A DNA stretch of 64,000 bases from Escherichia coli O157:H7 (GCF_013167455.1 NZ_CP038328.1), one strand, 5' to 3'; positions 19,416-31,848 are shown, counted from the stretch's first letter. The notes: generated from the sequence alone by a model not told the origin. Numbers and translations: made by a program.

Positions 19416-20678
19416 TTACTCCGCCACACTCTCGCGCAGCGGTTTCACAGGAAAAACTTTTACCTGCTTAATCATATTGTCCTGTACGTCGAGAATATCG
19501 ATATCGTACTCGCCAATACGCACGCGGGTGCCTACGACAGGGATCTCTTCCAGTGCCTCAAGAATGACGCCATTAACCGTGCGGGCATCATCTTCCGGTA
19601 GATGCCAGTTAAAGGCTTTGTTGATTTCCCGCACGTTGGCAGTGCCATCAATAATCACCGAACCGTCGTTTTGCGGCGTGACTTCTTCGGCAAGTGTTGG
19701 CGACATCGACGTAGTGAAATCGCCGACAATCTCTTCCAGAATATCTTCAACCGTCACCAGCCCCTGAATGTCTCCATACTCGTTGACGACCAGGCCGACT
19801 TTCTTTTTGTTGCGCTGAAACTTCACCAACTGCGTGCTGAGCGGCGTACCTTCCGGCACAAAATAGATCTCGTCCGCGGCGCGCAGCATGGTTTCTTTGG
19901 TGAACTCTTTTTTCTCCGACATCAACCGCCAAGCTTCACGTACTCGCAGCATACTGATGGCGTCGTCCAGCGAATCACGGTAGAGCACGATGCGCCCGTG
20001 AGGTGAGTGGGAGAGTTGGCGCAGAATAGATTTCCAGTCATCGTTGATATCAATACCGATAATTTCACTGCGCGGCACCATGATGTCATCAACGGTCATT
20101 TTTTCCAGATCGAGCACCGACAGCAGCATATCCTGATTGCGACGGGAAATTTGTGAGCGCGATTCGTGCACGATAGTGCGCAACTCTTCTTTGCTCAAAG
20201 AGCCGCTAACCACGATATCGGTTTTGATACCCATCATGCGCATCAGCATACGGGTGATAGCATTCAGCAACCAGACCAGCGGCATCATCAAAATTTGCAG
20301 GGGAGCCAGCAGAAAACTACTCGGATAAGCGACTTTTTCCGGGTACAGCGCGGCAATGGTTTTCGGCAATACCTCAGCAAAAACCAGTACGACAAAAGTC
20401 AGCACACCAGTCGCAATTGCCACGCCCGCATCGCCGTACAAACGCATCCCAACAATAGTGCCGAGCGCGGAGGCAAGAATATTGACCAGGTTATTGCCGA
20501 TTAACACCAGGCTTATCAGGCGGTCTGGCTTACGCAGCAATTTTTCGACGCGTTTGGCCGAGCGATTACCCTGTTTCGCCATATGTCGCAGACGATAGCG
20601 GTTGAGGGTCATCATTCCGGTTTCGGACCCGGAAAAATAGGCTGAAATGACCACCATGATGATCAGAATAATGATCAA
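19416..20678 (-). CDS. yfjD: CorC/HlyC-family inner-membrane protein (CNNM transmembrane + CBS pair + CorC_HlyC domains)
   Basis: Matches K-12 YfjD over the ORF; the 5' end as listed begins at a TTG codon; the true start is ambiguous (see findings). Confidence 0.8.
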   Translation of the reverse strand: MIIILIIMVVISAYFSGSETGMMTLNRYRLRHMAKQGNRSAKRVEKLLRKPDRLISLVLIGNNLVNILASALGTIVGMRLYGDAGVAIATGVLTFVVLVFAEVLPKTIAALYPEKVAYPSSFLLAPLQILMMPLVWLLNAITRMLMRMMGIKTDIVVSGSLSKEELRTIVHESRSQISRRNQDMLLSVLDLEKMTVDDIMVPRSEIIGIDINDDWKSILRQLSHSPHGRIVLYRDSLDDAISMLRVREAWRLMSEKKEFTKETMLRAADEIYFVPEGTPLSTQLVKFQRNKKKVGLVVNEYGDIQGLVTVEDILEEIVGDFTTSMSPTLAEEVTPQNDGSVIIDGTANVREINKAFNWHLPEDDARTVNGVILEALEEIPVVGTRVRIGEYDIDILDVQDNMIKQVKVFPVKPLRESVAE

Positions 20679-20723
20679 CGTAGTAGTAGAAATGTGTTCC
20701 AGGGGGAAACTCCTTTTCTGGGT

Positions 20724-21515
20724 TTAGCTGATTAACTGCTGGACAATTCGGCTGCCGAAGTAGGCCAGTGTCAGAATGACTGCACCCGCAACGTTAAACC
20801 AGACGACGCGACGTCCACGCCATCCTTCATGATAATGTCCCCATAGCAGCACAATATAGACAAACCACGCCACGATAGAGAGCACAGCCTTGTCGATATT
20901 TTCCATGCTAAATAAGTTGTGCATGTAGAACAGGCCAGTGCAAAGCGTGAGCGTTAGCAGCACCACGCCAATCTGCGTGATGTGGAACATTTTACGCTCG
21001 ATACTCATCAATGGCGGCATTTCCTGGTTAAACGCCAGCTTCTTGTTCTTCAGTTGGTAATCAATCCACGCCAGTTGCAGCGCGTACAGGGCGGCGATAA
21101 TTAGCGTGGCATAGGAAAAGAGCGATAAGCCAATGTGCACCAGCATCCCAGGCGTAGCTTCCAGATGGGTGATGTATTCATTGGGCATGAAGGTTGCCAG
21201 CGCCAGGTTGATAAGCGCAAAGGCATAGACAATGGGTAGCAGCAACCAGCCACGATTGCGAGAAGCCACAATGGTCATTACCGTACAGATCATCAAACTG
21301 ACCAATGAACCAACGTTCAGCAGGCTGAGGTTTTGTCCGCTATCACCGTCGGGCAGGATGCGGGCTTCCAGAGCGATTGCGTGGCAGACCAGCGCAATGA
21401 CCGCAGAAATAATAGCCATGCGCCGCCAGCCGCCGTTTTTTTGCAGCAGACCGGGAACAATCAGCGCAAGACTGACGGAGTAGGCGACAAGCGCGAGCAG
21501 AGCAAAAACGGGCAT
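20724..21515 (-). CDS. ypjD: Inner-membrane protein YpjD (cytochrome c assembly-like family)
   Basis: ORF track gives 288 aa; trimmed to the internal Met (MPVFALLALVAY…) to give the 263-aa form I recall for K-12; start uncertain. Confidence 0.7.
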   Translation of the reverse strand: MPVFALLALVAYSVSLALIVPGLLQKNGGWRRMAIISAVIALVCHAIALEARILPDGDSGQNLSLLNVGSLVSLMICTVMTIVASRNRGWLLLPIVYAFALINLALATFMPNEYITHLEATPGMLVHIGLSLFSYATLIIAALYALQLAWIDYQLKNKKLAFNQEMPPLMSIERKMFHITQIGVVLLTLTLCTGLFYMHNLFSMENIDKAVLSIVAWFVYIVLLWGHYHEGWRGRRVVWFNVAGAVILTLAYFGSRIVQQLIS

Positions 21516-21681
21516 AGTGATGTCGACAGTTTGAGCAATAAGAAAGAGAAGCAGTATAGCGTCAGGTGAACGCTGCTCCAACCGTTGCATAACAACAAAG
21601 ACGCCTTCATGTTATACTGCGGCAAAATACTGATGATGTGTCGCGATTGCGGCCAACCGTTTCCACCCCAGGCGAGAGACA

Positions 21682-23043
21682 ATGTTTGATAATTTAACCG
21701 ATCGTTTGTCGCGCACGCTGCGCAATATCAGTGGCCGTGGACGCCTCACTGAAGACAACGTAAAAGATACGCTGCGCGAAGTGCGCATGGCGCTGCTGGA
21801 GGCGGACGTCGCTCTGCCGGTAGTGCGTGAGTTTATCAATCGCGTAAAAGAGAAAGCGGTTGGTCATGAAGTTAATAAGAGCCTGACGCCGGGGCAGGAG
21901 TTCGTCAAAATCGTCCGTAACGAACTGGTTGCGGCGATGGGCGAAGAGAACCAGACCCTGAATCTGGCTGCGCAACCGCCTGCGGTCGTGCTGATGGCAG
22001 GCCTGCAAGGTGCCGGTAAAACAACCAGCGTTGGTAAACTCGGTAAGTTCCTGCGCGAGAAGCACAAGAAGAAAGTGCTGGTGGTTTCTGCTGACGTCTA
22101 TCGCCCGGCGGCAATCAAACAGCTTGAGACGCTGGCAGAGCAGGTGGGCGTTGATTTCTTCCCTTCTGATGTTGGTCAGAAGCCGGTTGATATTGTTAAC
22201 GCGGCGCTGAAAGAAGCCAAACTGAAATTCTACGACGTGCTGCTGGTGGATACCGCTGGTCGTCTGCACGTTGACGAAGCGATGATGGACGAGATCAAAC
22301 AAGTCCATGCGTCGATTAACCCGGTTGAAACCCTGTTTGTGGTTGACGCCATGACCGGTCAGGATGCGGCCAATACGGCAAAAGCATTCAATGAAGCGTT
22401 ACCGCTTACCGGCGTAGTGTTGACCAAAGTGGACGGCGATGCCCGCGGCGGTGCGGCGCTCTCTATTCGTCACATCACTGGCAAACCGATCAAGTTCCTC
22501 GGTGTTGGCGAGAAAACTGAGGCGCTGGAGCCGTTCCATCCGGACCGCATCGCGTCGCGTATTCTCGGCATGGGCGACGTACTGTCGCTGATCGAAGATA
22601 TCGAAAGCAAAGTTGACCGCGCGCAGGCAGAGAAATTAGCCAGCAAGCTGAAAAAAGGTGACGGCTTCGATCTCAACGACTTCCTTGAGCAACTGCGCCA
22701 GATGAAAAATATGGGCGGCATGGCCAGCCTGATGGGCAAACTGCCGGGCATGGGGCAGATCCCGGATAACGTCAAGTCACAGATGGACGATAAAGTGCTG
22801 GTGCGTATGGAAGCCATCATCAACTCGATGACGATGAAAGAGCGCGCTAAGCCAGAAATCATCAAAGGTTCGCGTAAACGCCGTATTGCTGCCGGTTGCG
22901 GTATGCAGGTGCAGGACGTTAACCGTCTTCTGAAACAGTTCGACGACATGCAGCGCATGATGAAGAAAATGAAGAAGGGCGGAATGGCGAAGATGATGAG
23001 AAGCATGAAGGGGATGATGCCGCCGGGATTTCCTGGTCGCTAA
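21682..23043 (+). CDS. ffh: Signal recognition particle protein Ffh
   Basis: 453-aa ORF with SRP54 GTPase motifs (GLQGAGKTT, DTAGR) and Met-rich C-terminal M domain. Confidence 0.95.
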   Translation: MFDNLTDRLSRTLRNISGRGRLTEDNVKDTLREVRMALLEADVALPVVREFINRVKEKAVGHEVNKSLTPGQEFVKIVRNELVAAMGEENQTLNLAAQPPAVVLMAGLQGAGKTTSVGKLGKFLREKHKKKVLVVSADVYRPAAIKQLETLAEQVGVDFFPSDVGQKPVDIVNAALKEAKLKFYDVLLVDTAGRLHVDEAMMDEIKQVHASINPVETLFVVDAMTGQDAANTAKAFNEALPLTGVVLTKVDGDARGGAALSIRHITGKPIKFLGVGEKTEALEPFHPDRIASRILGMGDVLSLIEDIESKVDRAQAEKLASKLKKGDGFDLNDFLEQLRQMKNMGGMASLMGKLPGMGQIPDNVKSQMDDKVLVRMEAIINSMTMKERAKPEIIKGSRKRRIAAGCGMQVQDVNRLLKQFDDMQRMMKKMKKGGMAKMMRSMKGMMPPGFPGR

Positions 23044-23101
23044 ATGACCTTATGCGACAGAGTTATTAACTGCTGATTGCATTTTCTCCAGAAATCAGTA
23101 A

Positions 23102-23428
<327 letters not shown>

Positions 23429-23446
23429 TCTGTCACGGTGGTCATG

Positions 23447-23995
23447 ATGAGCAAACAACTCACCGCGCAAGCACCTGTTGATCCCATCGTTTTGGGAAAA
23501 ATGGGTTCGTCTTACGGTATTCGTGGGTGGCTCAGAGTGTTTTCTTCCACCGAAGACGCCGAAAGCATTTTTGACTATCAGCCCTGGTTTATCCAGAAGG
23601 CGGGTCAGTGGCAGCAAGTCCAGCTGGAAAGCTGGAAGCACCACAATCAGGACATGATCATCAAGCTGAAAGGCGTTGACGATCGTGATGCGGCGAACCT
23701 GCTGACGAATTGTGAAATTGTCGTGGATTCATCGCAGCTGCCTCAGCTTGAAGAGGGTGACTACTACTGGAAAGACCTGATGGGCTGCCAGGTAGTAACC
23801 ACTGAAGGCTACGATCTCGGTAAAGTCGTCGATATGATGGAAACCGGATCCAATGACGTTCTCGTCATTAAGGCAAACCTGAAAGATGCGTTTGGTATCA
23901 AGGAACGTCTCGTACCGTTCCTCGATGGGCAGGTTATCAAGAAAGTCGATCTCACTACTCGTTCAATCGAAGTAGATTGGGATCCTGGTTTTTAA
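23447..23995 (+). CDS. rimM: Ribosome maturation factor RimM
   Basis: 182-aa product starting [20 protein letters not shown]…; matches RimM. Confidence 0.9.
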
Positions 23996-24025
23996 ACCAC
24001 CGGATAAACGGTAAAAGACGGCGCT

Positions 24026-24793
24026 ATGTGGATTGGCATAATTAGCCTGTTTCCTGAAATGTTCCGCGCAATTACCGATTACGGGGTAACTGGCCGGGCA
24101 GTTAAAAATGGCCTGCTGAGCATCCAGAGCTGGAGTCCTCGCGATTTCACGCATGACCGGCACCGTACCGTGGACGATCGTCCTTACGGCGGCGGACCGG
24201 GGATGTTAATGATGGTGCAACCCTTGCGGGACGCCATTCATGCAGCAAAAGCCGCGGCGGGTGAAGGCGCAAAGGTGATTTATCTTTCACCACAGGGACG
24301 CAAGCTTGATCAAGCGGGCGTCAGCGAACTGGCAACGAATCAAAAATTGATTCTGGTGTGCGGTCGCTACGAAGGTATAGATGAGCGCGTGATCCAAACC
24401 GAAATTGACGAAGAATGGTCAATCGGCGATTACGTTCTCAGTGGTGGTGAGTTACCAGCAATGACGCTGATTGACTCCGTTTCCCGGTTTATTCCGGGAG
24501 TACTGGGACATGAAGCCTCGGCAACGGAAGATTCCTTTGCTGAAGGATTGCTGGATTGCCCGCACTATACGCGGCCTGAGGTGTTAGAAGGGATGGAAGT
24601 TCCGCCAGTGTTACTGTCGGGCAACCATGCCGAGATACGTCGCTGGCGTTTGAAACAGTCGCTGGGCCGTACCTGGCTTAGAAGACCTGAACTTCTGGAA
24701 AACCTGGCTCTGACTGAAGAGCAAGCAAGGTTGCTGGCGGAGTTCAAAACGGAACACGCACAACAGCAACATAAACATGATGGGATGGCGTAA
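24026..24793 (+). CDS. trmD: tRNA (guanine37-N1)-methyltransferase TrmD
   Basis: 255-aa ORF matching TrmD. Confidence 0.95.
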
Positions 24794-24831
24794 GCCCCCG
24801 AGATATCAGTTTACCCAGGATAAGAGATTAA

Positions 24832-25182
<351 letters not shown>

Positions 25183-25212
25183 GATTTCGCTTAAGCGACA
25201 TCCTGTTAAGAA

Positions 25213-25241
25213 GGGCTGGCCAATTGGCTGGCCCTTTTTTT
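25213..25241. terminator. Terminator after rplS (rpsP operon end)
   Basis: GGGCTGGCCAATTGGCTGGCCC hairpin followed by TTTTTTT. Confidence 0.6.
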
Positions 25242-25258
25242 ATCTGTTTGCTCGTGTT

Positions 25259-25741
25259 TTAAGGGGGAGTAATCACCACTGCGACGCGGCGGTTCTCGGC
25301 GCGGCCCTGGGCGGTCTTGTTACTGGCTATGGGATATTTTTTTCCTAAACCCTGTGTGGTGAGATTGCTGCGTGGAATTTGTCCACCCATAGCCCATGCA
25401 TCGGCCACGACATTCGCCCGTTTCAATGATAAGCCTTCGTTGTAACTGTCTTCACCATAGTTATCGGTGTGTCCATCCATACGGGCATGTGTTAGCCCTG
25501 TCGAGGCCAATTTGGCTGCCATGGTTTGGATCTGTTGCTGGCTTTCCGGGAGCAATTTGTAGTCATTTTTTGCGAACAGAATGGCATCTGATAAGCCCAG
25601 CGACCAGTCGCCGGCGGATTCAGTAAATCCATAAGATTGCATAGCGGCGACTTGCTCAGGAGTAAACTTTCCCTGAGGGGACTGGCAGCCAGTCAGTATT
25701 AGTGAGGTGAAAATCAGGGGTGCTACCAGGTGCTTTATCAT
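25259..25741 (-). CDS. yfiB: OmpA-family lipoprotein YfiB (activator in the YfiBNR c-di-GMP module)
   Basis: 160-aa ORF with lipobox (LILTGCQ) and OmpA-like C-terminus. Confidence 0.85.
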   Translation of the reverse strand: MIKHLVAPLIFTSLILTGCQSPQGKFTPEQVAAMQSYGFTESAGDWSLGLSDAILFAKNDYKLLPESQQQIQTMAAKLASTGLTHARMDGHTDNYGEDSYNEGLSLKRANVVADAWAMGGQIPRSNLTTQGLGKKYPIASNKTAQGRAENRRVAVVITPP

Positions 25742-25756
25742 ATCGATATATCCTTG

Positions 25757-26983
25757 TTATCTCACCAGCTTTTCGGCACGCTGGTGTTTGGCCTGATACA
25801 TATTGTGATCGGCCAGCTCTTGTAATTTTTCCGCAGAAGCGTGCGCAATGGTCATTGCGTAACCAATGCTTAATGTCATGGTGGTCTGATGGCCATTATG
25901 AAGATCAAACGGGAGATTAAAGATTTGTGTCAGTGCTGAGCATATCTGCTGCACTTCAGATTCCGACTGTACACCATAGAGCACCATAGCGAATTCATCG
26001 CCGCCCAGGCGGTATGCTTTATGTCGCAGCCCGCCAAATTCAGCTAACCGTTTTGCGATTTCAATCAAGACTCTATCGCCCGTCGCATGACCCCAGGTAT
26101 CATTGATATATTTGAAATTATCGCCATCAAGAAATAGTAACGCCGACGTTTTTCGGGCAGCGGAATTGTTCATCAACGTATTGATGCCGCTACGAAACGC
26201 TGCGCGGTTAGCCAGCCCGGTTAATGGGTCATGTAGCGCGGTACGTAGAAGCTGCGCATTTTTGGCCTGTAAACGAAGCTGCCACTCTTCCATTTCATCC
26301 AGCAGACTGTTGAAGTCGAGAGCGAAGCGGTGAAACTCAGCGATACGTTCTTCCGAAACTCGTCGGGAAAAATTGCGGTTGGAACGCACATCATGTACGA
26401 CATCGGTGATATTTTTCAGTGCTTCCACCAGGCCATTGTGCAAATGGCGGGTGAGGGTAATTGCGATTCCTGATGCCAGCAGAATACAACCGGTCAGTAC
26501 GGCGAGCGAAAACCAGATAAAATGGCTGATTGAACTGTCGCGAGCGGTTAAGCGTACTTCGCCAATGGTTTCACCATTGTGACGAATCGGCTGAATGATG
26601 GGGGCAGGGAAGAGCCAGTGGCTTATGAAATTGCTGAAAGTATCGCCTGGATCCTTACGGGTGTAATGCCAGGATGCCAGAATATTTTGCTGCTTATCAC
26701 GTACTTCTGCAGTTGAAAATTGCCCTTGCTGGCCCAGCGCTGCCAGTGTTTCAGTTGCTGCAGGGCCATCGGCAAAAACGACAGCTGCTTCCAGACTGTA
26801 AGTCATTGTTGCTGCTGTCAGTGCCAGGTTTTTTTGCGCGTACTGTTTCAGGGGCAGCACCGAGGTCACGGAAAGCAGCAACCAGATCAGCATCATAGTG
26901 ATAAATATGCTGGTCATACTGATGTTGCGTAATGCTCTTTTAAACGTGGGGCGCTTATTAAGAGAATTATCGTTATCCATCAT
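25757..26983 (-). CDS. dgcN: Diguanylate cyclase DgcN (YfiN)
   Basis: 408-aa ORF with N-terminal TM segments, HAMP region and GGDEF motif (RLGGDEF). Confidence 0.9.
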
Positions 26984-27491
26984 TTTTCTTCCGTGCGAGC
27001 ATTAAGACATCCGGGTTGACCTTTACACCGCTACGCGATAAGGCATCCAGGTTTACGGCAAATCTGACGTCATTATTGTGGATGATCAGACAAAAGGCGC
27101 TACCAATAATGCACTCGGTATTTTGTTCGGCAATTAATAATAACGCCTTTGACGGATATTGTTCGGTTAATTCCATCTGGAATGTCGGTGACTCGTTGCC
27201 AAAATAAAAACCATTGCAGCCTGAAATCATCGCCTCTTGTTGAGTGTGAATGATGACAGGCAGATAAGGCAAAGATGTTGCGGCATTCTCTTGTAGGGCG
27301 GTACTAAAACGTGAAGATGAAAAGATACATAACTTTGGTGGCCCTGATAGCGCAGGCCAGCGGGTGTAACTGACAATACCGGAAACCATCATACGCACGT
27401 TTTTCGCAACGTCAGAAGGCTCCTGAGCGAGTATTGGTGCTCCCGTCAGCAGGAGAATCAGCAGTAAGAACAGTCGGTGAGAAAAACGCAT
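26973..27491 (-). CDS. yfiR: Periplasmic repressor YfiR of DgcN
   Basis: 172-aa ORF with signal peptide; first gene of the yfiRNB operon. Confidence 0.85.
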
Positions 27492-27640
27492 TCAGGGATC
27501 CCCACCATCTTCGCTCGAAATGCATCGATATTTTTTCAGAATGCTCATTAAAATATCATTATTTCATGCGGTCGTCATCATTGTGAGAAATAAAACATAA
27601 TGAGTAAAATCTTATGTTTAATTTATTTGTGGGGTTTTAA

Positions 27641-28006
27641 TTAATTTAATCGTATTGCGCTGGCATTTTCATCAGCCCCTTTTTGCCATACTTCATGCAG
27701 TTGGCTGGCATTTTCAACATTGTTGCAGCTGGCAGGAAAGCTTTTACCGGAAAGTCCTCGGGCATAAGTAAAATCGGTCTGGCAAGTTTTCTTTTGTCCT
27801 TCGGCATATCCTTTAAGGTATAGACCGCGATCCGCCTGTGAATCGCTAAATGCATCGTCATCTTTTATGGCGCTGCCCGATATCGCATCTTCCATACCAA
27901 CATCATACCAGTCGGTGCTGGTCAAGGTTGGCGCGTGAGTATAAGGATCAATCTGGCATCCGCTAACCAGTAAAGCCAACAAGGGGGCGATAAACTTTTT
28001 CATCAT
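27641..28006 (-). CDS. yfiL: Lipoprotein YfiL
   Basis: Trimmed to the MMKKFIAPLLALLVSGC lipoprotein signal (121 aa); ORF-track upstream extension rejected. Confidence 0.7.
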   Translation of the reverse strand: MMKKFIAPLLALLVSGCQIDPYTHAPTLTSTDWYDVGMEDAISGSAIKDDDAFSDSQADRGLYLKGYAEGQKKTCQTDFTYARGLSGKSFPASCNNVENASQLHEVWQKGADENASAIRLN

Positions 28007-28051
28007 TTCTTTCTCCTTTTTCAAAGCATAGCGGATTGTTTTCAAAGGTGG

Positions 28052-28121
28052 TGTAAATTTATCTATACAGAATCAAGGGTTGAAAGCGCGAATAAATTGC
28101 TTATGTAAAGAAAAATGTACG
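28052..28121 (+). promoter_or_regulatory. aroF promoter region with TyrR boxes
   Basis: TGTAAATTTATCTATACA (28052-28069) and TGTAAAGAAAAATGTACG (28104-28121) fit the TyrR box pattern TGTAAA-N6-TTTACA. Confidence 0.5.
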
Positions 28122-28215
28122 AAATATGGATTGAAAACTTTACTTTATGTGTTATCGTTACGTCATCCTCGCTGAGGATCAACTATCGCAAACGAGCATA
28201 AACAGGATCGCCATC

Positions 28216-29286
28216 ATGCAAAAAGACGCGCTGAATAACGTACATATTACCGACGAACAGGTTTTAATGACTCCGGCACAACTGAAGGCCGCTTTTCCAT
28301 TAAGCCTGCAACAAGAAGCCCAGATTGCTGACTCGCGTAAAACCATTTCAGATATTATCGCCGGGCGCGATCCTCGTCTGCTGGTAGTATGTGGCCCTTG
28401 TTCCATTCATGATCCGGAAACTGCTCTGGAATATGCTCGTCGATTTAAAGCCCTTGCCGCAGAGGTCAGCGATAGCCTCTATCTGGTAATGCGCGTCTAT
28501 TTTGAAAAACCCCGTACCACTGTCGGCTGGAAAGGGTTAATTAACGATCCCCATATGGATGGCTCTTTTGATGTAGAAGCCGGGCTGCAGATCGCGCGTA
28601 AATTGCTGCTTGAGCTGGTGAATATGGGACTGCCACTGGCGACGGAAGCGTTAGATCCGAATAGCCCGCAATACCTGGGCGATCTGTTTAGCTGGTCAGC
28701 AATTGGTGCTCGTACAACGGAATCGCAAACTCACCGTGAAATGGCCTCCGGGCTTTCCATGCCGGTTGGCTTTAAAAACGGCACCGACGGCAGTCTGGCA
28801 ACAGCAATTAACGCTATGCGCGCCGCCGCCCAGCCGCACCGTTTTGTTGGCATTAACCAGGCAGGGCAGGTTGCGTTGCTACAAACTCAGGGGAATCCGG
28901 ACGGGCATGTCATCCTGCGCGGTGGTAAAGCGCCGAACTATAGCCCTGCGGATGTTGCGCAATGTGAAAAAGAGATGGAACAGGCGGGACTGCGCCCGTC
29001 TCTGATGGTAGATTGCAGCCACGGTAATTCCAATAAAGATTATCGCCGTCAGCCTGCGGTGGCAGAATCCGTGGTTGCTCAAATCAAAGATGGCAATCGC
29101 TCAATTATTGGTCTGATGATCGAAAGTAATATCCACGAGGGCAATCAGTCTTCCGAGCAACCGCGCAGTGAAATGAAATACGGTGTATCCGTAACCGATG
29201 CCTGCATTAGCTGGGAAATGACCGATGCCTTGCTGCGTGAAATTCATCAGGATCTGAACGGGCAGCTGACGGCTCGCGTGGCTTAA
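28216..29286 (+). CDS. aroF: DAHP synthase, Tyr-sensitive (AroF)
   Basis: 356-aa product starting [25 protein letters not shown]…; ORF-track upstream extension rejected. Confidence 0.9.
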   Translation: MQKDALNNVHITDEQVLMTPAQLKAAFPLSLQQEAQIADSRKTISDIIAGRDPRLLVVCGPCSIHDPETALEYARRFKALAAEVSDSLYLVMRVYFEKPRTTVGWKGLINDPHMDGSFDVEAGLQIARKLLLELVNMGLPLATEALDPNSPQYLGDLFSWSAIGARTTESQTHREMASGLSMPVGFKNGTDGSLATAINAMRAAAQPHRFVGINQAGQVALLQTQGNPDGHVILRGGKAPNYSPADVAQCEKEMEQAGLRPSLMVDCSHGNSNKDYRRQPAVAESVVAQIKDGNRSIIGLMIESNIHEGNQSSEQPRSEMKYGVSVTDACISWEMTDALLREIHQDLNGQLTARVA

Positions 29287-29296
29287 GAGGTTTATT

Positions 29297-30418
29297 ATGG
29301 TTGCTGAATTGACCGCATTACGCGATCAAATTGATGAAGTCGATAAAGCGCTGCTGAATTTATTAGCGAAGCGTCTGGAACTGGTTGCTGAAGTGGGCGA
29401 GGTGAAAAGCCGCTTTGGACTGCCTATTTATGTTCCGGAGCGAGAGGCATCTATGTTGGCCTCGCGTCGTGCAGAGGCGGAAGCTCTGGGTGTACCGCCA
29501 GATCTGATTGAGGATGTTTTGCGTCGGGTGATGCGTGAATCTTACTCCAGTGAAAACGACAAAGGATTTAAAACGCTTTGTCCTGCGTTACGCCCGGTAG
29601 TTATCGTTGGCGGCGGCGGTCAGATGGGACGTCTGTTCGAGAAGATGCTGACACTCTCGGGTTATCAGGTGCGGATTCTGGAGCAACATGACTGGGATCG
29701 AGCGGCTGATATTGTTGCCGATGCCGGAATGGTGATTGTTAGTGTGCCAATCCACGTTACTGAGCAAGTTATTGGCAAATTACCGCCTTTACCGAAAGAT
29801 TGTATTCTGGTTGATCTGGCATCAGTGAAAAATGGACCATTACAGGCCATGCTGGCGGCGCACGATGGCCCGGTACTGGGGTTACACCCAATGTTCGGTC
29901 CGGACAGCGGTAGCCTGGCAAAGCAAGTTGTGGTCTGGTGTGATGGACGTAAACCGGAAGCATACCAATGGTTTCTGGAGCAAATTCAGGTCTGGGGCGC
30001 TCGGTTGCATCGTATTAGCGCCGTCGAGCACGATCAGAATATGGCGTTTATTCAGGCACTGCGCCACTTTGCTACTTTTGCTTACGGGCTGCACCTGGCA
30101 GAAGAAAATGTTCAGCTTGAGCAACTTCTGGCGCTCTCTTCGCCGATTTACCGCCTTGAGCTGGCGATGGTCGGGCGACTGTTCGCTCAGGATCCGCAGC
30201 TTTATGCCGACATTATTATGTCGTCAGAGCGTAATCTGGCGTTAATCAAACGTTACTATAAGCGTTTCGGCGAGGCGATTGAGTTGCTGGAGCAGGGCGA
30301 TAAGCAGGCGTTTATTGACAGTTTCCGCAAGGTGGAGCACTGGTTCGGCGATTACGCACAGCGTTTTCAGAGTGAAAGCCGCGTGTTATTGCGTCAGGCG
30401 AATGACAATCGCCAGTAA
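29297..30418 (+). CDS. tyrA: Bifunctional chorismate mutase / prephenate dehydrogenase (TyrA)
   Basis: 373-aa ORF matching TyrA. Confidence 0.95.
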   Translation: MVAELTALRDQIDEVDKALLNLLAKRLELVAEVGEVKSRFGLPIYVPEREASMLASRRAEAEALGVPPDLIEDVLRRVMRESYSSENDKGFKTLCPALRPVVIVGGGGQMGRLFEKMLTLSGYQVRILEQHDWDRAADIVADAGMVIVSVPIHVTEQVIGKLPPLPKDCILVDLASVKNGPLQAMLAAHDGPVLGLHPMFGPDSGSLAKQVVVWCDGRKPEAYQWFLEQIQVWGARLHRISAVEHDQNMAFIQALRHFATFAYGLHLAEENVQLEQLLALSSPIYRLELAMVGRLFAQDPQLYADIIMSSERNLALIKRYYKRFGEAIELLEQGDKQAFIDSFRKVEHWFGDYAQRFQSESRVLLRQANDNRQ

Positions 30419-30425
30419 TAATCCA

Positions 30426-30458
30426 GTGCCGGATGATTCACATCATCCGGCACCTTTT
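30426..30458. terminator. Bidirectional terminator between tyrA and pheA
   Basis: GTGCCGGATGATTCACATCATCCGGCAC hairpin with T-run. Confidence 0.6.
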
Positions 30459-30460
30459 CA

Positions 30461-31621
30461 TCAGGTTGGATCAACAGGCACTACGTTCTCACTAGGGTAA
30501 CAGCCCAATACCTTCATTGAACGGGTGATTTCCCCTAACTCTTTCAATGCTTTTTGCATTTCCGCTGATTCAAGATTGGCCTGAATATCCAGATAAAACA
30601 TCTCTTCCCATGGATTACCGTGAATCGGGCGTGATTCCAGACGGGTCATAATCAGATTGTGGTTGCGCAGTACCAGCAACGCTTCAACCAGCGCACCGGC
30701 TTGTTGCCCGGTCGCCATTAACAACGTCGTTTTCGCCGGAACCTGATCAGACACGTTAATGGCTTTACGCGCCAACACCACAAATCGGGTGAAGTTTTGT
30801 CGCTGATTCGCTTCAATCCGCTCCAGTACCTGCAAACCGTACAAAGTGCCGCCAGCTTCGCTTCCTAACGCAGCAACATGCGGTGATTTTGCCTGTGCAA
30901 CCTTTTCCATTGCCGCAGACGTACTTTCGGTATATTCAATCTTCCAGTGCGGATAACGATTAAGGAATTTGCTGCATTGCTGGAATGGCTGCGGATGGCT
31001 GTAGACCGTATTGATGGTGGATAAATCAGTCGTGCCGGAGACTAACAAACAATGGTCGATAGTTAACGTCATCTCGCCAACAATCGACAAGCTGGTATGT
31101 TGCAGCAGATCGTAAACGTCATTTATGGCACCGGAGCTGGTATTTTCAATCGGTACGACGGCATAGTCGGCCTGGCCGGTTTCCACCTGATTAAAAATAT
31201 CGGCAAATTTGGCGCAGCCACTTTCAATGAATTGCTCAAAGTGACGGGCAGCATACTGGCGCGCCGCAAGATGGGAATAAGAACCTTTGGGGCCGAGAAA
31301 AGCGATGCGTGCTGAGTGCGGATTAATTTTATTGAGATGTTGTTGGAGCAAAGCCTGCTGAGTTAATACGGAATCTTCAATGATGAGCTGGAACAGGCGA
31401 GTAATGTAATGGGCGTCCAGATGGTGCGCTTTACCGAGCGTAATTAATCTTTCCAGTAAATCGCGTTCACGATCAATATCACGTACCGGGCGATGCGAGA
31501 GCAGTTTGGCTTTTCCCACCTCGACGGCCAGTTCGCGCCGCTCTGCCAGTAATGCTAATAATTTTTCATCCAGCGCGCTGATTTTCTCTCGCAGCGCCAG
31601 TAACGGGTTTTCCGATGTCAT
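30461..31621 (-). CDS. pheA: Bifunctional chorismate mutase / prephenate dehydratase (PheA)
   Basis: 386-aa ORF matching PheA. Confidence 0.95.
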
Positions 31622-31633
31622 AGTGTTGCCTTT

Positions 31634-31719
31634 TTGTTATCAATAAAAAAGGCCCCCCGATTTGGGAGGCCTTATTGTTCTTCTTCGCATTCTGTTTCAC
31701 ACGACGAAACGCCTCCCAT
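31634..31719 (-). promoter_or_regulatory. pheA transcription attenuator
   Basis: Between pheL stop and pheA start; GC-rich hairpin (AAGGCCTCCCAAATCGGGGGGCCTTTTTTATTG on the coding strand) forms the attenuator terminator. Confidence 0.7.
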
Positions 31720-31767
31720 TCAGGGGAAGGTAAAAAAGAATGCGAAGAAAAACGGTGTGTGTTTCAT
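31720..31767 (-). CDS. pheL: pheA leader peptide PheL
   Basis: 15-codon ORF MKHTPFFFAFFFTFP* (seven Phe codons); note Thr at position 4 where I recall Ile in K-12. Confidence 0.85.
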   Translation of the reverse strand: MKHTPFFFAFFFTFP

Positions 31768-31821
31768 GTTTGTTTCCTTAAGTGACTTTAGTACAGTACC
31801 CGTACTGTTTTCACGCTGTCA

Positions 31822-31848
31822 ACAAAAAACGCGCCCGAAGGCGCGTTG
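31822..31848 (-). terminator. raiA terminator
   Basis: AACGCGCCTTCGGGCGCGTTTTTT on the minus strand, downstream of raiA. Confidence 0.6.

Noticed and set aside
21694-23006. Long antisense ORFs inside ffh (204 aa, 178 aa); similar antisense ORFs inside clpB, patZ, nadB, recN and srmB
   Set aside because: Antisense frames within highly conserved genes; typical GC-rich chance ORFs with no independent signals.
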